Shown: positions 1-9,925, numbered from the stretch's first letter. The stretch: DNA of 64,000 nucleotides from an uncultured Chthonomonadales bacterium (GCA_938005745.1 CALLMM010000006.1:35241-99240), one strand, 5' to 3'. Made by a program: numbers and translations. Notes: generated by a model not told the origin, from the sequence alone.

Positions 1-2
1 CT

Positions 3-218
3 CTGAAAGTCAGGGGCAACGAGGCGAAGGTGGAGATCTCGCAGACGATGGAGGCGCGGGTCAACAATCCGCAGACGAATAAGGTATCCATCTTGCGATC
101 GGAGCAGAAGTCCCGAGATGTCTGGGTAAAATCCGGTTCAAACTGGCTTCTCAAGCTCTCCGATACCTTCTCGGAGAAGTCCACGCTGGATGGAAAGCCT
201 CTGCCCGGCGGCAGTTAA
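3..218 (+). CDS. 3' end of an unidentified gene entering from the left edge (partial)
   Basis: The frame is open from the window edge to TAA at 216-218. No family is recognised, and it is not Jag/YidC-like despite lying upstream of mnmE. Confidence 0.25.
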   Translation: MKVRGNEAKVEISQTMEARVNNPQTNKVSILRSEQKSRDVWVKSGSNWLLKLSDTFSEKSTLDGKPLPGGS

Positions 219-284
219 ACCATCTCATCCCAGCAGTCAGCGGGAGGCGGAAGAACGCTTTTGCCTCCCCTGTCATCCCTTCCG

Positions 285-1679
285 ATGAAGCCGATCTTCA
301 ACGATACCATCGCCGCCATCGCCACGCCTCCCGGAGAGGGGGGGATCGGCATGGTCCGCATCTCCGGTCCGAGCGCGCTCTCCATCGCAGACGCCCTCTT
401 TCACTGCGTTTCCGGGAAAAAGCCCTCCCTTCTCCCTACACATACCCTGCACTACGGCTCTTTGCGCGACCCGGCTTCTGGAGAACAGATAGATGACGCG
501 CTGCTGCTGATCTTTCGCGCGCCTCGCTCCTATACCGGCGAAGAGGTGGCGGAGTTCTCCTGTCACGGGGGATCCGTTACCACCGGTCGCGCGCTCACGC
601 TGGCGCTTCGCGCCGGAGCGAGACTTGCCGAGCCGGGCGAGTTCACCCTGCGAGCGTTTCTGAACGGCAGGATGGACCTGGCGCAGGCAGAGGCGGTCTG
701 CGATCAGATCCGCGCAAAGACCGAGACCGCGCATCGCATCGCGCTCCGTCAGAGGGCGGGAATCCTCTCCAAACGTCTCGGGGAGATGAGACAACGTCTG
801 ATAGGTCTGCTCGCAGCGGCGGAAGCGACCATAGATTTTTCGGAGGAGATCGGCGAACTGGACTACGGCATGATGTCGGAAGGGCTTCGCCAGATACGGG
901 AAGAGGTCGAGTCGCTCATCCGCTCCGCCAGTTACGGTCGTATCTACCGCGAAGGCATCCGTCTGGTGATCGTCGGTCGTCCGAACGTGGGAAAGTCCAG
1001 TCTGTTGAATGCGCTGCTGCGTCAGGATCGCGCCATCGTTACGCCGATCGCCGGCACCACCCGCGACCTGATCGAGGAATCGGCGAATATCCGGGGCATC
1101 CCGCTGACCGCCATTGACACGGCGGGACTGCGGGAGACGGAGGATCTTGTCGAGCGGATCGGCGTTGAGCGCGCCAGAGAGGCGATAGAGAGCGCGTCGC
1201 TGATCCTCTATGTGCTGGACGCCTCCGAGAACGCGACGGAAGAGGACGCCCGCATCGCCGCAATGCTGGCGGACAGACCGCATATCCGTGTTTATAACAA
1301 GATAGACCTGCTGGATGACCTGCAGCGAGAGAGGCTGCGCTCCTCGCAGACTGACGGTGAGCCTGCTTCCGTCGCGGTCTCCGTCTCCAACGGCTGGGGT
1401 CTGGAGACGCTGGAGGAGACCATCGAGAGGTCTGTTCTGGGAGGCAGGGTATCCGACGGCGAGTCGGCGATCATCAGCAACACACGGCATCAGCGCGCTC
1501 TTGAGCAGGCGCGCGACAGCCTGCGGGAGGCGGAAGAGACCACGCGCCGGCAGATGCCTCCCGATTTCATCACGATTGACATCCGCGCCGCGCTGGACGC
1601 GCTGGGGCTGGTTACCGGCGAGACGGCGACGGAGGAGATCATTGATCGTATTTTTCAGGACTTCTGTATTGGGAAGTAG
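285..1679 (+). CDS. mnmE: tRNA modification GTPase MnmE (TrmE)
   Basis: N-terminus reads [29 protein letters not shown]1 motif is [15 protein letters not shown]-terminus ends in the family hallmark CIGK. I prefer the ATG at 285 over the TTG at 261 used in the ORF track. Confidence 0.93.
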   Translation: MKPIFNDTIAAIATPPGEGGIGMVRISGPSALSIADALFHCVSGKKPSLLPTHTLHYGSLRDPASGEQIDDALLLIFRAPRSYTGEEVAEFSCHGGSVTTGRALTLALRAGARLAEPGEFTLRAFLNGRMDLAQAEAVCDQIRAKTETAHRIALRQRAGILSKRLGEMRQRLIGLLAAAEATIDFSEEIGELDYGMMSEGLRQIREEVESLIRSASYGRIYREGIRLVIVGRPNVGKSSLLNALLRQDRAIVTPIAGTTRDLIEESANIRGIPLTAIDTAGLRETEDLVERIGVERAREAIESASLILYVLDASENATEEDARIAAMLADRPHIRVYNKIDLLDDLQRERLRSSQTDGEPASVAVSVSNGWGLETLEETIERSVLGGRVSDGESAIISNTRHQRALEQARDSLREAEETTRRQMPPDFITIDIRAALDALGLVTGETATEEIIDRIFQDFCIGK

Positions 1680-1816
1680 CCGTCTGTTATGCGCCTGATC
1701 GCCCCGTTTACACCCCTGCCTCTTCTGTGCTAAACTACTCCGGTTTTCCCGAATCCGTCACACGCCCGGGTAAAAAAATACCATATATTTAGTAATCCAA
1801 AGGGGTTCCCCCATCT

Positions 1817-3637
1817 ATGTCTGAAGTGCGATCCATACTGGCGACCGACTGCGGAAGCACCACCACCAAAGCCATTCTGATTGAAAAGCGCGGTTCCGAA
1901 TACCGTCTCATTGTGCGCGGCGAGGCTCCCACCACGGTAGAAGCTCCCTTCGATGACGTCACCGTCGGGGTGATCAACGCCGTGCGGGAAGTCGAAGAGC
2001 TGTCCGGAAAGAGACTGATCAGCCCGGAAGGAAAGATCCTCACGCCGGCGCAGGACGAGAAGACGGGCGTAGACCTCTACCTCTCCACCTCCAGCGCGGG
2101 GGGCGGTCTGCAGATGACGGTGGCGGGCGTAGTGAAGGCGATGAGTGCGGAGAGCGCGCAGCGCGCCGCCCTGGGAGCCGGCGCGATCATCATAGACGTG
2201 ATCGCCGTGGACGACGGGCGCAAAGACTACCAGAAGGTGGAGCGCATTCGCCAGCTTCGCCCCGATATGATCCTGATGTCCGGCGGCACCGACGGCGGAA
2301 CCGTCAACCATCTGGTGGAGCTTGCGGAGATGCTGGTCTCCGCCGACCCCAAACCCAGGCTGGGGTTGGGCGCAAATCTGCCGGTCATCTACGCGGGCAA
2401 CAAAGACGCCTTTCCTCCGGTGCAGGAGCTTCTGGACGGACGGGTGGAACTGAGGCAGGTGGAGAACCTTCGCCCCACACTGGAGCGGGAGAACCTGCTC
2501 CCGGCGCGCGAAGCGATCCATGACCTGTTCCTAGAGCATGTGATGCAGCAGGCTCCCGGATACAGCAAACTCTCCACCTGGGTCAGTCGGGGGATCATGT
2601 CCACGCCCAACGCGGTGGGCAAAATCATGCAGACTATCGCTAACCAGCGCAATATCACCGTGCTCGGCGTGGATATTGGCGGCGCGACCACCGACGTCTT
2701 CTCCGTCTTCCGTAACGAAGCAGGAGAGAGTATCTTCAACCGCACCGTGTCCGCCAATCTGGGCATGAGCTACTCCATCTGCAACGTGCTCACCGAGGCG
2801 AAGACCGAAAACATCAACCGCTGGCTGCCTTTTGAGATCTCGGAGGCGGAGCTTCGCAATCAGCTTCGCAACAAGATGATCCGTCCCACCACCATTCCGC
2901 AAAGAAGGATGGACCTGATGATCGAACAGGCAGTCTCCCGTGAAGCGCTTCGCCTGGCGTTCGACCATCATAAGTCTCTGGCAAGAGGATTGACCGGGAT
3001 CCAGCAGCAGCGCACCATCGGCGAGGCTCTCTCTCAGGACGCCACCGGCAAGACGCTGGTCAATATGATGGACCTCGACATGATCGTGGGAAGCGGGGGC
3101 GTCCTGTCGCATGCGCCGCGCCGCGCCCAGTCCGCCATGATGATGATGGACGCCTATCAGCCGGAGGGAGTTACGCTGCTGACAGTCGACTCCATCTTCA
3201 TGATGCCGCAGCTGGGTATCCTCTCGACCATCCATGAAGAGGCGGCGACACAGGTATTCGAACGAGACTGTCTTATCTATCTGGGAACCTGTATCGCCCC
3301 GGTGGGGATCGGCAAAGAGGGTGAGGAGTGCGTAAAGGTGCAGTTTCAGGGGGAGACGGTCTCCGTGCCGTTTGGTACCATCTCGGTCATTCCGTTCGGT
3401 TTCGTCTCCGGGGATGAGGGAGAGCCGAAGCGCGCCGAGGCGGTGATCGAGCCGGCAAGGAACTTCGATGTCGGCGCGGGGAAAGGACGTCATCGCACGG
3501 TCACGGTAACCGGCGGCGTCGTGGGACTGATGATTGACGCCCGGGGACGCCCGCTTACGCTGCCAGCCGACAACGCTGCCCGCATCCGCAAGCTGCGAGA
3601 GTGGATGACCGCCATGGGCGTTCCCTGTGAGGTCTGA
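1817..3637 (+). CDS. GlmL/MutL-like ASKHA-fold ATPase (glutamate-mutase accessory protein family), 606 aa with a C-terminal extension
   Basis: The N-terminal phosphate-1 motif ILATDCGSTTTKAILIE and a second motif VLGVDIGGATTDVFSV are typical of GlmL-family actin-fold ATPases. The protein is longer than the roughly 460-aa GlmL I remember. Confidence 0.6.
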   Translation: MSEVRSILATDCGSTTTKAILIEKRGSEYRLIVRGEAPTTVEAPFDDVTVGVINAVREVEELSGKRLISPEGKILTPAQDEKTGVDLYLSTSSAGGGLQMTVAGVVKAMSAESAQRAALGAGAIIIDVIAVDDGRKDYQKVERIRQLRPDMILMSGGTDGGTVNHLVELAEMLVSADPKPRLGLGANLPVIYAGNKDAFPPVQELLDGRVELRQVENLRPTLERENLLPAREAIHDLFLEHVMQQAPGYSKLSTWVSRGIMSTPNAVGKIMQTIANQRNITVLGVDIGGATTDVFSVFRNEAGESIFNRTVSANLGMSYSICNVLTEAKTENINRWLPFEISEAELRNQLRNKMIRPTTIPQRRMDLMIEQAVSREALRLAFDHHKSLARGLTGIQQQRTIGEALSQDATGKTLVNMMDLDMIVGSGGVLSHAPRRAQSAMMMMDAYQPEGVTLLTVDSIFMMPQLGILSTIHEEAATQVFERDCLIYLGTCIAPVGIGKEGEECVKVQFQGETVSVPFGTISVIPFGFVSGDEGEPKRAEAVIEPARNFDVGAGKGRHRTVTVTGGVVGLMIDARGRPLTLPADNAARIRKLREWMTAMGVPCEV

Positions 3638-3783
3638 GCGAGAGGCTGCGCGCCTCAGGAGCATCCATACGGGAAAATCGTGCAGGATGGAGACAAAACC
3701 CATTCTGTTGCTGTATGAGAGGAGAGGTTGATCCTGATCCCGTCCGTGATTCCTGAGTACTGCCCTGAAAGGTATCGTCCAGA

Positions 3784-4443
3784 ATGCAGCCGCCGACCAA
3801 AAAACGCGCATCATTACGATTAGGCGCAAAAGAGAGAATCCGTCTGCAGAACTGTACTATCGCGCTGATAGTTGCAGTCATGGCTTTTGCGCTCTATCCC
3901 TATATTCTTTCACTGCGCAATACGCGCGATTTTCAGACCTGTCAGACCAACGTGCAGAAGATCGCCAAAGCGATCAGCATGTACTCCGGGATGTACGATG
4001 ATACGCTTCCGCTAGCTTCCACCTGGATGGACGCCGCCCGAGGAAATATGACCTCCACCACCGGAAGCGGTTTCACCGTGAACAGATACTTTCAGTGCCC
4101 GGCAGACACTTCCGGCGCACCGTCCAGTTACGCCTACAATCAGTTGATGGAAGGTCTATCGCTGTCAACCCGCCCCATGGATGACCAAGACATGAAACGA
4201 CGTCGCGCTCTGGGCAGGATTGAGAACGCGGCGCTGGTGATCGAAAAGCATGGCAGTGCGGAGAACGCCAGCGTGCCGCTTCCGGATTGGAACGCCGTAC
4301 TGCGCGAGATGACCCGCCCGCATCCGGTTCCAGCGATGACCGGAAGTATGATCTTAGGCAATCTGACCGCCACTTCGAAGGTGGAAGAGAAGTTGAAATC
4401 GCTCTCAGTGGACTCTCGCGGCAATCCCCGCAGAGGATTTTAA
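3784..4443 (+). CDS. membrane-anchored hypothetical protein, pilin/DUF1559-like core without a prepilin cleavage motif
   Basis: It has a single N-terminal TM segment (IALIVAVMAFALYPYIL) followed by QTCQTNVQKIAKAISMYSGMYDD. This resembles the C.N.KQI...Y segment of DUF1559 pseudopilins, but there is no GFTL.E motif. GC looks lower than in the neighbours. Confidence 0.45.
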   Translation: MQPPTKKRASLRLGAKERIRLQNCTIALIVAVMAFALYPYILSLRNTRDFQTCQTNVQKIAKAISMYSGMYDDTLPLASTWMDAARGNMTSTTGSGFTVNRYFQCPADTSGAPSSYAYNQLMEGLSLSTRPMDDQDMKRRRALGRIENAALVIEKHGSAENASVPLPDWNAVLREMTRPHPVPAMTGSMILGNLTATSKVEEKLKSLSVDSRGNPRRGF

Positions 4444-4458
4444 GAGGAGGAGGAACGA

Positions 4459-5601
4459 TTGGGGAGCGCCTACACGCCGGGATTGACCGTCAGCGCCCGC
4501 ACGCGCATCGAGAAGCTGCGCCGCCTTCCCTTGAAGGGAAAGGTGCTTGTTCAGGAGGGAGATCAGGTCGAGCCGACCACCATCGTCGCCCGCACGGAAC
4601 TGCCTGGTATCATGCAGACCGTGCGTCTGGCGGAGAACATGGGGATTGAACCTTCGGAACTGATGAGCGCGCTGAAGGTGAAAGAGGGAGACCGGATCGA
4701 AAAAGGGATGCTGCTGGCGCAGACGAAAGGTCTGTTCGGACTGTTCAAGAACGAGTATAGATCACAGGTGCAGGGGACGCTGGAGTTCATATCCGAGAAG
4801 ACCGGTCATCTGGGCGTACGCCAGCCTCCAACTCCCATTGAGAAGGACGCCTATATTCGCGGGGTCGTGAAAACGGTCATTCCCGAGGAGGGCGTCATCA
4901 TCCAGTGCGAAGGCGCGCTGGTGCAGGGTATCTTCGGGGTCGGGGGCGAGCGACAGGGCATCATTGCATTGGCGTGCGACAGCCCGGACGCCGCTCTGAC
5001 GGGAACGCAGATCACGCCTGCTCACCAGGGAAAGATCGTGGTTGGCGGCTCGAACGTCTCCCTCGACGCACTCAAGCGTGCAGCGGAAGTCGGCGCAGCC
5101 GGGATTGTCGTCGGGGGTGTGGTGGATCGCGACCTGATCGAGTATCTGCGAATGGCGCTCAACGATCCGAACTACGATATCGGCGTGGCGATCACGGGAC
5201 AGGAGCCGATCTCCTTCACGTTGGTCATCACCGAGGGCTTTGGCACCATCCGGATGGCGAAACGAACCTTCCAGTTGCTGCAGTCGCTGGAAGGAAAGAC
5301 CGCCTCCATCAACGGCGCAACGCAGATTCGCGCCGGCGTTATCCGACCGGAGGTGATCGTCCCGTTATCGCTGGGAGGTGAGATCGAGGCGCAGGCGGCA
5401 TCGGGGGGAGAACTGGCGATCGGCACACCCATCCGTGTGATCCGCGAGCCGTATTTCGGAATACTGGGGAGTGTGACGGATCTGCCCGCCGAACTGGTGC
5501 AGGTCGAGTCTGAGACCTGGGTTCGCGTGCTGGAGGCGAAGCTGGAGGACGGCAGAAAGGTCGTCGTGCCCCGCGCCAACGTCGAGATTATCGCCGGGTA
5601 G
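4459..5601 (+). CDS. conserved hypothetical protein with an N-terminal lipoyl/biotinyl-like barrel-sandwich motif
   Basis: A TTG start lies 5 nt after a strong RBS (GAGGAGGAGG). The sequence LKGKVLVQEGDQVEPTTIVARTE resembles a barrel-sandwich hybrid fold. The C-terminal half is Gly-rich (GIVVGGVVD). I cannot assign a named family. Confidence 0.55.
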   Translation: MGSAYTPGLTVSARTRIEKLRRLPLKGKVLVQEGDQVEPTTIVARTELPGIMQTVRLAENMGIEPSELMSALKVKEGDRIEKGMLLAQTKGLFGLFKNEYRSQVQGTLEFISEKTGHLGVRQPPTPIEKDAYIRGVVKTVIPEEGVIIQCEGALVQGIFGVGGERQGIIALACDSPDAALTGTQITPAHQGKIVVGGSNVSLDALKRAAEVGAAGIVVGGVVDRDLIEYLRMALNDPNYDIGVAITGQEPISFTLVITEGFGTIRMAKRTFQLLQSLEGKTASINGATQIRAGVIRPEVIVPLSLGGEIEAQAASGGELAIGTPIRVIREPYFGILGSVTDLPAELVQVESETWVRVLEAKLEDGRKVVVPRANVEIIAG

Positions 5602-5653
5602 CCGGTAACGGCTTTCCTGAGCGATGGTTCTGTTTGAACGCCTGCAAAAAAAG

Positions 5654-5698
5654 TTGACAGACTATGTGGCGAAATGGTAAAATAGCCAATAATTGACT
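5654..5698 (+). promoter_or_regulatory. sigma70-type promoter with abutting operator-like imperfect palindrome, upstream of arsR
   Basis: TTGACA (5654-5659), an 18-nt spacer, then an extended -10 TGgTAAAAT (5678-5683). This is followed directly by AGCCAATAATTGACT (5684-5698), an imperfect inverted repeat containing TAGCCAAT. Confidence 0.5.
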
Positions 5699-5710
5699 CA
5701 GGAGATACAC

Positions 5711-6040
5711 ATGCATCCGGAACGGTTTCGTCTGAAGGCACAGATCATCAAGGCAATGGCGCATCCCAGCCGATTGATGATACTCGACGCGCTGTCGGAA
5801 CAGGAGATGTGCGTGTGCGATCTTCAGAAGATCGTCGGATCGGATCTCTCAACCGTATCCAAACACCTCTCCGTCATGAAGAATGCCGGACTGGTTCAGG
5901 ATCGCAAAGTAGGGCTTCAGGTCTTCTATCGTCTGAGAGTACCCTGTATCATGCAGTTTTTCGGCTGCGTGGAAGAGGTGATTGCTTCACGTTTTGTCTC
6001 CGACCACTTCGATGACGCCCTTCAGACCTGCCCTCGATAG
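5711..6040 (+). CDS. ArsR/SmtB family metalloregulatory transcriptional repressor
   Basis: The wHTH reads HPSRLMILDALSEQEMCVCDLQKIVGSDLSTVSKHLSVMKNAGLV. A CVC motif sits at the ArsR alpha3 position. ATG at 5711 is preceded by AGGAGA. The TTG at 5693 in the ORF track lies inside the operator. Confidence 0.85.
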   Translation: MHPERFRLKAQIIKAMAHPSRLMILDALSEQEMCVCDLQKIVGSDLSTVSKHLSVMKNAGLVQDRKVGLQVFYRLRVPCIMQFFGCVEEVIASRFVSDHFDDALQTCPR

Positions 6041-6063
6041 CGGCAGGTTTTTTTGTTCAAACA

Positions 6064-6091
6064 ATTGGCAATTTAGCCAATTAGCCAATAT
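6064..6091. promoter_or_regulatory. second operator-like site with a tandem TAGCCAAT motif and an ATTGGC-N6-GCCAAT palindrome
   Basis: The sequence is ATTGGCAATTTAGCCAATTAGCCAATAT, between arsR and the permease. It shares the TAGCCAAT word with the site at 5684-5698. Confidence 0.3.
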
Positions 6092-6112
6092 ATCTCGCCA
6101 AGGACATCTCAC

Positions 6113-7180
6113 ATGAGCACCTTGCATTCTGAAACCTGTTCGCAGTATCTGTTGCTCGCCCGGAGACTGAAAGGTCCCTGGATTTTGATACCCGCCCTGA
6201 TGATCTGGTGGTTGATCTATCGGATCCTCCTTCCATGCGCCCAATGGACTACCTATACGCTTTTCGGACTGCCGCAGGGTTCGCATCTGGGCGCATCGGT
6301 GGAGTTTTTCCTGTATGAAGTGCCCAAAGTGCTGATGCTTCTCGTGGTCGTCGTCTTCGGTGTAGGAATAGTGCGCACGTTCTTCACGCCGGAACGAACC
6401 CGCGCCATTCTGGCAGGCAAGCGTGAATCCGTTGGGAATGTGTTGGCGGCTCTTCTGGGCATCGTGACTCCCTTCTGCTCCTGTTCGGCGGTACCCCTCT
6501 TTCTGGGCTTTGTGCAGAGCGGGGTCCCTCTGGGAGTTACGTTCTCTTTCCTGATCGCCGCGCCGATGATCAACGAGGTCGCGGTAGTGCTGCTGCTGGG
6601 AATGTTTGGCTGGAAGATCACCGCCATCTATATCGGAGCCGGACTGACAGTTGCCATCACGGCAGGATGGTTAATCGGAAGAATGAAGATGGAGCGTTAC
6701 CTGGAGCCGTGGGTGATCGAACTGCTTGGGAAGGGCAGATCCGAAGTGCTTGAGACTCGACCGACCTGGCAGGAGCGGATGCAGGCGGGTATGCACGCGG
6801 TACATGAGATCGTGGGACGTGTCTGGCTCTTTGTAGTAATCGGGATCGCTATCGGCGCGGGGATACATGGCTATGTGCCGACCAATTCCCTGGCAGGATG
6901 GATGGGCAAAGAGAACTGGTGGTCGGTGCCTCTCGCTGCGCTGCTTGGGGTCCCCATGTACTCCAACGCAGCGGGTATCGTGCCGGTCATCCAAGCGCTG
7001 TTGGGCAAAGGCGCGGCGCTGGGAACTGCGCTGGCGTTCATGATGTCTGTCATAGCGCTTTCCCTGCCTGAGATGATCATCTTAAGACGTGTACTGCGTC
7101 CTCGCCTGATCGCCTTGTTCATCGCAGTAGTGGCATTCGGCATTATCTGCGTAGGGTTTCTTTTCAACCGGATCCTGTAG
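6113..7180 (+). CDS. DUF318/ArsP-type permease (polytopic membrane protein)
   Basis: The protein is hydrophobic throughout and carries a vicinal-cysteine motif IVTPFCSCSAVPLF. It shows the classic genomic association with ArsR and a small thioredoxin-like protein. Confidence 0.75.
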   Translation: MSTLHSETCSQYLLLARRLKGPWILIPALMIWWLIYRILLPCAQWTTYTLFGLPQGSHLGASVEFFLYEVPKVLMLLVVVVFGVGIVRTFFTPERTRAILAGKRESVGNVLAALLGIVTPFCSCSAVPLFLGFVQSGVPLGVTFSFLIAAPMINEVAVVLLLGMFGWKITAIYIGAGLTVAITAGWLIGRMKMERYLEPWVIELLGKGRSEVLETRPTWQERMQAGMHAVHEIVGRVWLFVVIGIAIGAGIHGYVPTNSLAGWMGKENWWSVPLAALLGVPMYSNAAGIVPVIQALLGKGAALGTALAFMMSVIALSLPEMIILRRVLRPRLIALFIAVVAFGIICVGFLFNRIL

Positions 7181-7210
7181 AGGGGTCCTATTACCATCAA
7201 AGGAGTAACC

Positions 7211-7444
7211 GTGATGAAGATCGAGATACTAGGCACTGGCTGCGCAAAGTGTAAAGCGCTCTTTGCCAACGTGCAGAAAGCGGTGTCGGAAATGGGCATA
7301 TCCGCCGAGATCGAGAAGGTCGAGGACTATCACCAGATAGCCAACTATGGCGTGATGACAACACCTGCACTGGCGGTAGACGGCAAAGTGAAACTTGCGG
7401 GCAGAGTGGCGACTCCGGAAGAGATCAAACAGATGCTCCGTTGA
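7211..7444 (+). CDS. thioredoxin-fold protein (redox-active disulfide protein 2 / TM0996-MTH895 type)
   Basis: It is 77 aa, begins MMKIEILGTGCAKCKAL and carries a CxxC motif. This is the typical partner of DUF318 permeases. Confidence 0.8.
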   Translation: MMKIEILGTGCAKCKALFANVQKAVSEMGISAEIEKVEDYHQIANYGVMTTPALAVDGKVKLAGRVATPEEIKQMLR

Positions 7445-7490
7445 TCAACAGGATTCAGTGGATACGATCTCATAAGGAGGAGGACAGACA

Positions 7491-9230
7491 ATGCGATTGA
7501 AACCCTTAGGCACGGCGATTTTTTTCCTCTCCCCCGCTGCCCTGCTCTGTACGCTGTCGCAGTCTAGTCTCGTCCCCGATGCAGAGCTTTCGAGGAAAAC
7601 GCATATTGCCGTGCCGTTAAAGGATGAGGAGGGACGCGTCATTGACTATCGCGACCCGCAAGCAAAGCCCTACAGCCCCCGCACTACCTGCGGGGGGTGT
7701 CACTCCTACGAAGCAATAACCCGCGCATACCATTTTACGATGGGAGCCGATCTGTTGTCCGACGACTGGGGCCGCAAAAACCGTAATCGTCCCTGGATGA
7801 GTTCGCCGGGACAGAACGGCGGGCAGCAGCATATGTCCTATATATGGCTGACAAAAAAGGCGCACCGGAGCGAGTCAGAGGTGGGAGTGACGACATTTCG
7901 ATTCGTGCAGACCTGCGCGGTATGCCATCCTGGAGGCTCTCTCTTTGAACGGGATCGAGACGGCAGACGGTATGATCAGCGTCAACGCGCACATCCTGAG
8001 CTGGCTTCCAGTATGGATGGAGACTACCATGCCGCCGCCTGGGATCGCTCCGGCGTACTGGAGGCGGACTGTCTGATGTGCCACTCAACCGGTTACGACA
8101 TCAAAGCACGCGCGGAGCAGCTGTCGAAGGGCAACTATCGCTGGGCAGCGACGGCAGGCGCCAGATTGGGTACCGTTGAGGGATCGGTGCTGGCAGGAGA
8201 GACGCCCGTACTGACCTATCGGACATCCACCGCAAACGCTGGAAGCTTGACAGTTGTCCCCGCCCGCTCTCGTGATGAAAACTGCCTGCTGTGTCATGGA
8301 GAGGCGGAGGTAAAAAAACGCGGTCATGTCTGGGACGGGCGCAATGCAGATGTGCATGCGCGCCTCAACTGCACGACCTGTCACGTTACCGGATCCGATC
8401 ACCAGATCTCCAAGGGGCATTCGAATGCCGTTTTTCTCCATGATGAGCTGGATGATCCGAAGCTCTCCTGCGCGGGATGTCATAACGCCGGAAGATTGGG
8501 AGCAAAACGACCGTCTCACCGTTCCATGCCGGCAACCCATCTAAAAAATCTATCCTGCGTAGTCTGCCATGTCCGCGACAACCATGTAACCGCTGTGCAG
8601 ACCGTAGATACCACTACAGGTAAAACGGTTGGCATCCCCACCAATCCAGAAGCTCACAAATATGGCGAGACGAAAACATGGCAGCCCGCCTACTTCCGGC
8701 TCAAGAACGGTCAAATCTCATCCGGCAACGCGCTCCTGCCCTCCTGGTGGGGCAATCGCGTCGGAAATGTGATTCATCCGCTCACGCTGGCAGAGACTGC
8801 AAAAGCCTTCGAACTTGCGAAAAAGAGCCTGCAGGACGATAACGGGGACGGAAAACCGGAAGCCAATACGCGCGCCGAGATCACGGCGATGTTGAGGGCA
8901 ATGGAACAGACGTTACGCGGAGGTCGCTTTGAAGTCGTGCGACCCGCCTACGTCAAGGGACATCTGGTATGGGAGAGGCAAGGAGAGATTCTGACCAGTC
9001 GTCCTCATCCTCAGGCAGTTCCCCTCAGATGGACTTTCAGCCATAATGTCGCTCCTGCAGCCCGCGCGCTTGGTTCGCGGGGCTGCACAGATTGTCACGG
9101 AAAAGCAGGGGGCGTGCTGGGAACGGATGTTACGATAGATCCATATGGCGAAGATGGCAAGCCCGTGAAGGTTCCTGCATGGAAGTACCTTAAACTCCGC
9201 TCTCCAGACCCCTATACAGCCGCGAAATAA
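7491..9230 (+). CDS. exported multihaem (octahaem) cytochrome c
   Basis: It has an N-terminal signal peptide and eight CXXCH motifs: CGGCH, CAVCH, CLMCH, CLLCH, CTTCH, CAGCH, CVVCH and CTDCH. A strong RBS GGAGGAGG precedes the ATG. Confidence 0.85.
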   Translation: MRLKPLGTAIFFLSPAALLCTLSQSSLVPDAELSRKTHIAVPLKDEEGRVIDYRDPQAKPYSPRTTCGGCHSYEAITRAYHFTMGADLLSDDWGRKNRNRPWMSSPGQNGGQQHMSYIWLTKKAHRSESEVGVTTFRFVQTCAVCHPGGSLFERDRDGRRYDQRQRAHPELASSMDGDYHAAAWDRSGVLEADCLMCHSTGYDIKARAEQLSKGNYRWAATAGARLGTVEGSVLAGETPVLTYRTSTANAGSLTVVPARSRDENCLLCHGEAEVKKRGHVWDGRNADVHARLNCTTCHVTGSDHQISKGHSNAVFLHDELDDPKLSCAGCHNAGRLGAKRPSHRSMPATHLKNLSCVVCHVRDNHVTAVQTVDTTTGKTVGIPTNPEAHKYGETKTWQPAYFRLKNGQISSGNALLPSWWGNRVGNVIHPLTLAETAKAFELAKKSLQDDNGDGKPEANTRAEITAMLRAMEQTLRGGRFEVVRPAYVKGHLVWERQGEILTSRPHPQAVPLRWTFSHNVAPAARALGSRGCTDCHGKAGGVLGTDVTIDPYGEDGKPVKVPAWKYLKLRSPDPYTAAK

Positions 9231-9241
9231 GGAGATAGAAG

Positions 9242-9925
9242 ATGTGCCGACGACCGGTTTTCCGCATCCTGTCTATGGCGCTCTGGCTGCCTGTCCTGGC
9301 GATCTATGCGCCCCCGATGGCAACCGCACAGGCTCAGGAGATCCTCTCACTGCCGAAAGTCAGTACGAACGGAGGCATGAGCCTGAAGGAGGCGTTGTGG
9401 AAGCGTCGCTCCGTTCGAGCCTATTCGGACAGAGTGCTCAACACGGAGCAGATTGGAGCGCTTTGCTGGGCGGCGCAGGGCATCACGAATCCGGAAAAGG
9501 GACTGCGTACCGCTCCCTCCGCCATGACGCTCTACTCGATACAGGTCTTTGTGGTCAACAGCGAGGGAGTGTACGCATATCTCCCTGCAGAACATGCGCT
9601 GCGTCTGGTACAGAAGGGAGCGATCCTGGAAAAACTGCGCCTGCTTCCCCCGAATCCCCCCATGCTCGGGAAAGCGCCGGTGATCCTGGTGCTTGGTATG
9701 AACCTTGCTCCTCTGGCGGAGCGGGTAGGGGGGCGCGCGGAGCGTTACGCTTTCATGGAGACAGGGCATGTAGCCCAGAACGTACTGCTCCAGGCGACCG
9801 CCCTGGGACTGGGCAGCATACCTGTGGGAGGGTTTGACGAAGAGAAGGTCTCCGAACTGCTGAAGCTGCCAGAGGGCATTCGTCCGGTCTACCTGCTGCC
9901 GGTCGGCTATCCGGCTCCCGGTTAG
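9242..9925 (+). CDS. SagB/ThcOx-type nitroreductase-family flavoprotein with an RR-containing signal peptide
   Basis: Family-typical sequences are SLKEALWKRRSVRAYS, LCWAAQGIT, RTAPSAMTLYS and METGHVAQNVLLQATALGLGSIPVGGFDE. The N-terminus MCRRPVFRILSMALWLPVLAIYAPPMATAQA looks like a signal peptide, possibly Tat-type. Confidence 0.8.
   Translation: MCRRPVFRILSMALWLPVLAIYAPPMATAQAQEILSLPKVSTNGGMSLKEALWKRRSVRAYSDRVLNTEQIGALCWAAQGITNPEKGLRTAPSAMTLYSIQVFVVNSEGVYAYLPAEHALRLVQKGAILEKLRLLPPNPPMLGKAPVILVLGMNLAPLAERVGGRAERYAFMETGHVAQNVLLQATALGLGSIPVGGFDEEKVSELLKLPEGIRPVYLLPVGYPAPG

Noticed and set aside
242-270. Hairpin GGGAGGC-N14-GCCTCCC between the partial upstream ORF and mnmE, considered as a terminator.
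   Set aside because: No T-tract follows, and the stem overlaps the mnmE ribosome-loading region. The support is too weak to call.
273-1490. Long antisense ORF (405 aa) opposite mnmE. Similar antisense or alternative-frame ORFs occur at 1730-2521, 2531-3829, 10163-11653, 12451-13404, 15112-16062, 17097-18173, 26102-26896, 27826-28803, 28960-29892, 35355-36545, 37463-38449, 47194-48237, 50830-51519, 53081-53893, 54619-56106 and 60660-61439.
   Set aside because: Each lies opposite, or out of frame with, a gene whose product has clear family motifs. Their translations are Arg/Pro/Gly/Ala-rich low-complexity strings typical of stop-codon-poor high-GC DNA.
6065-6094. Internal promoter TTGGCA-18-TATATC for the permease gene.
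   Set aside because: A start about 7 nt downstream of that -10 would remove the permease RBS (AAGGA at 6100-6104). The site is retained only as an operator-like repeat.
9244-9837. 197-aa ORF in an alternative frame of the nitroreductase gene.
   Set aside because: Its composition is Gly/Arg/Pro-rich with no motifs. The overlapping frame has unambiguous SagB-family sequence.
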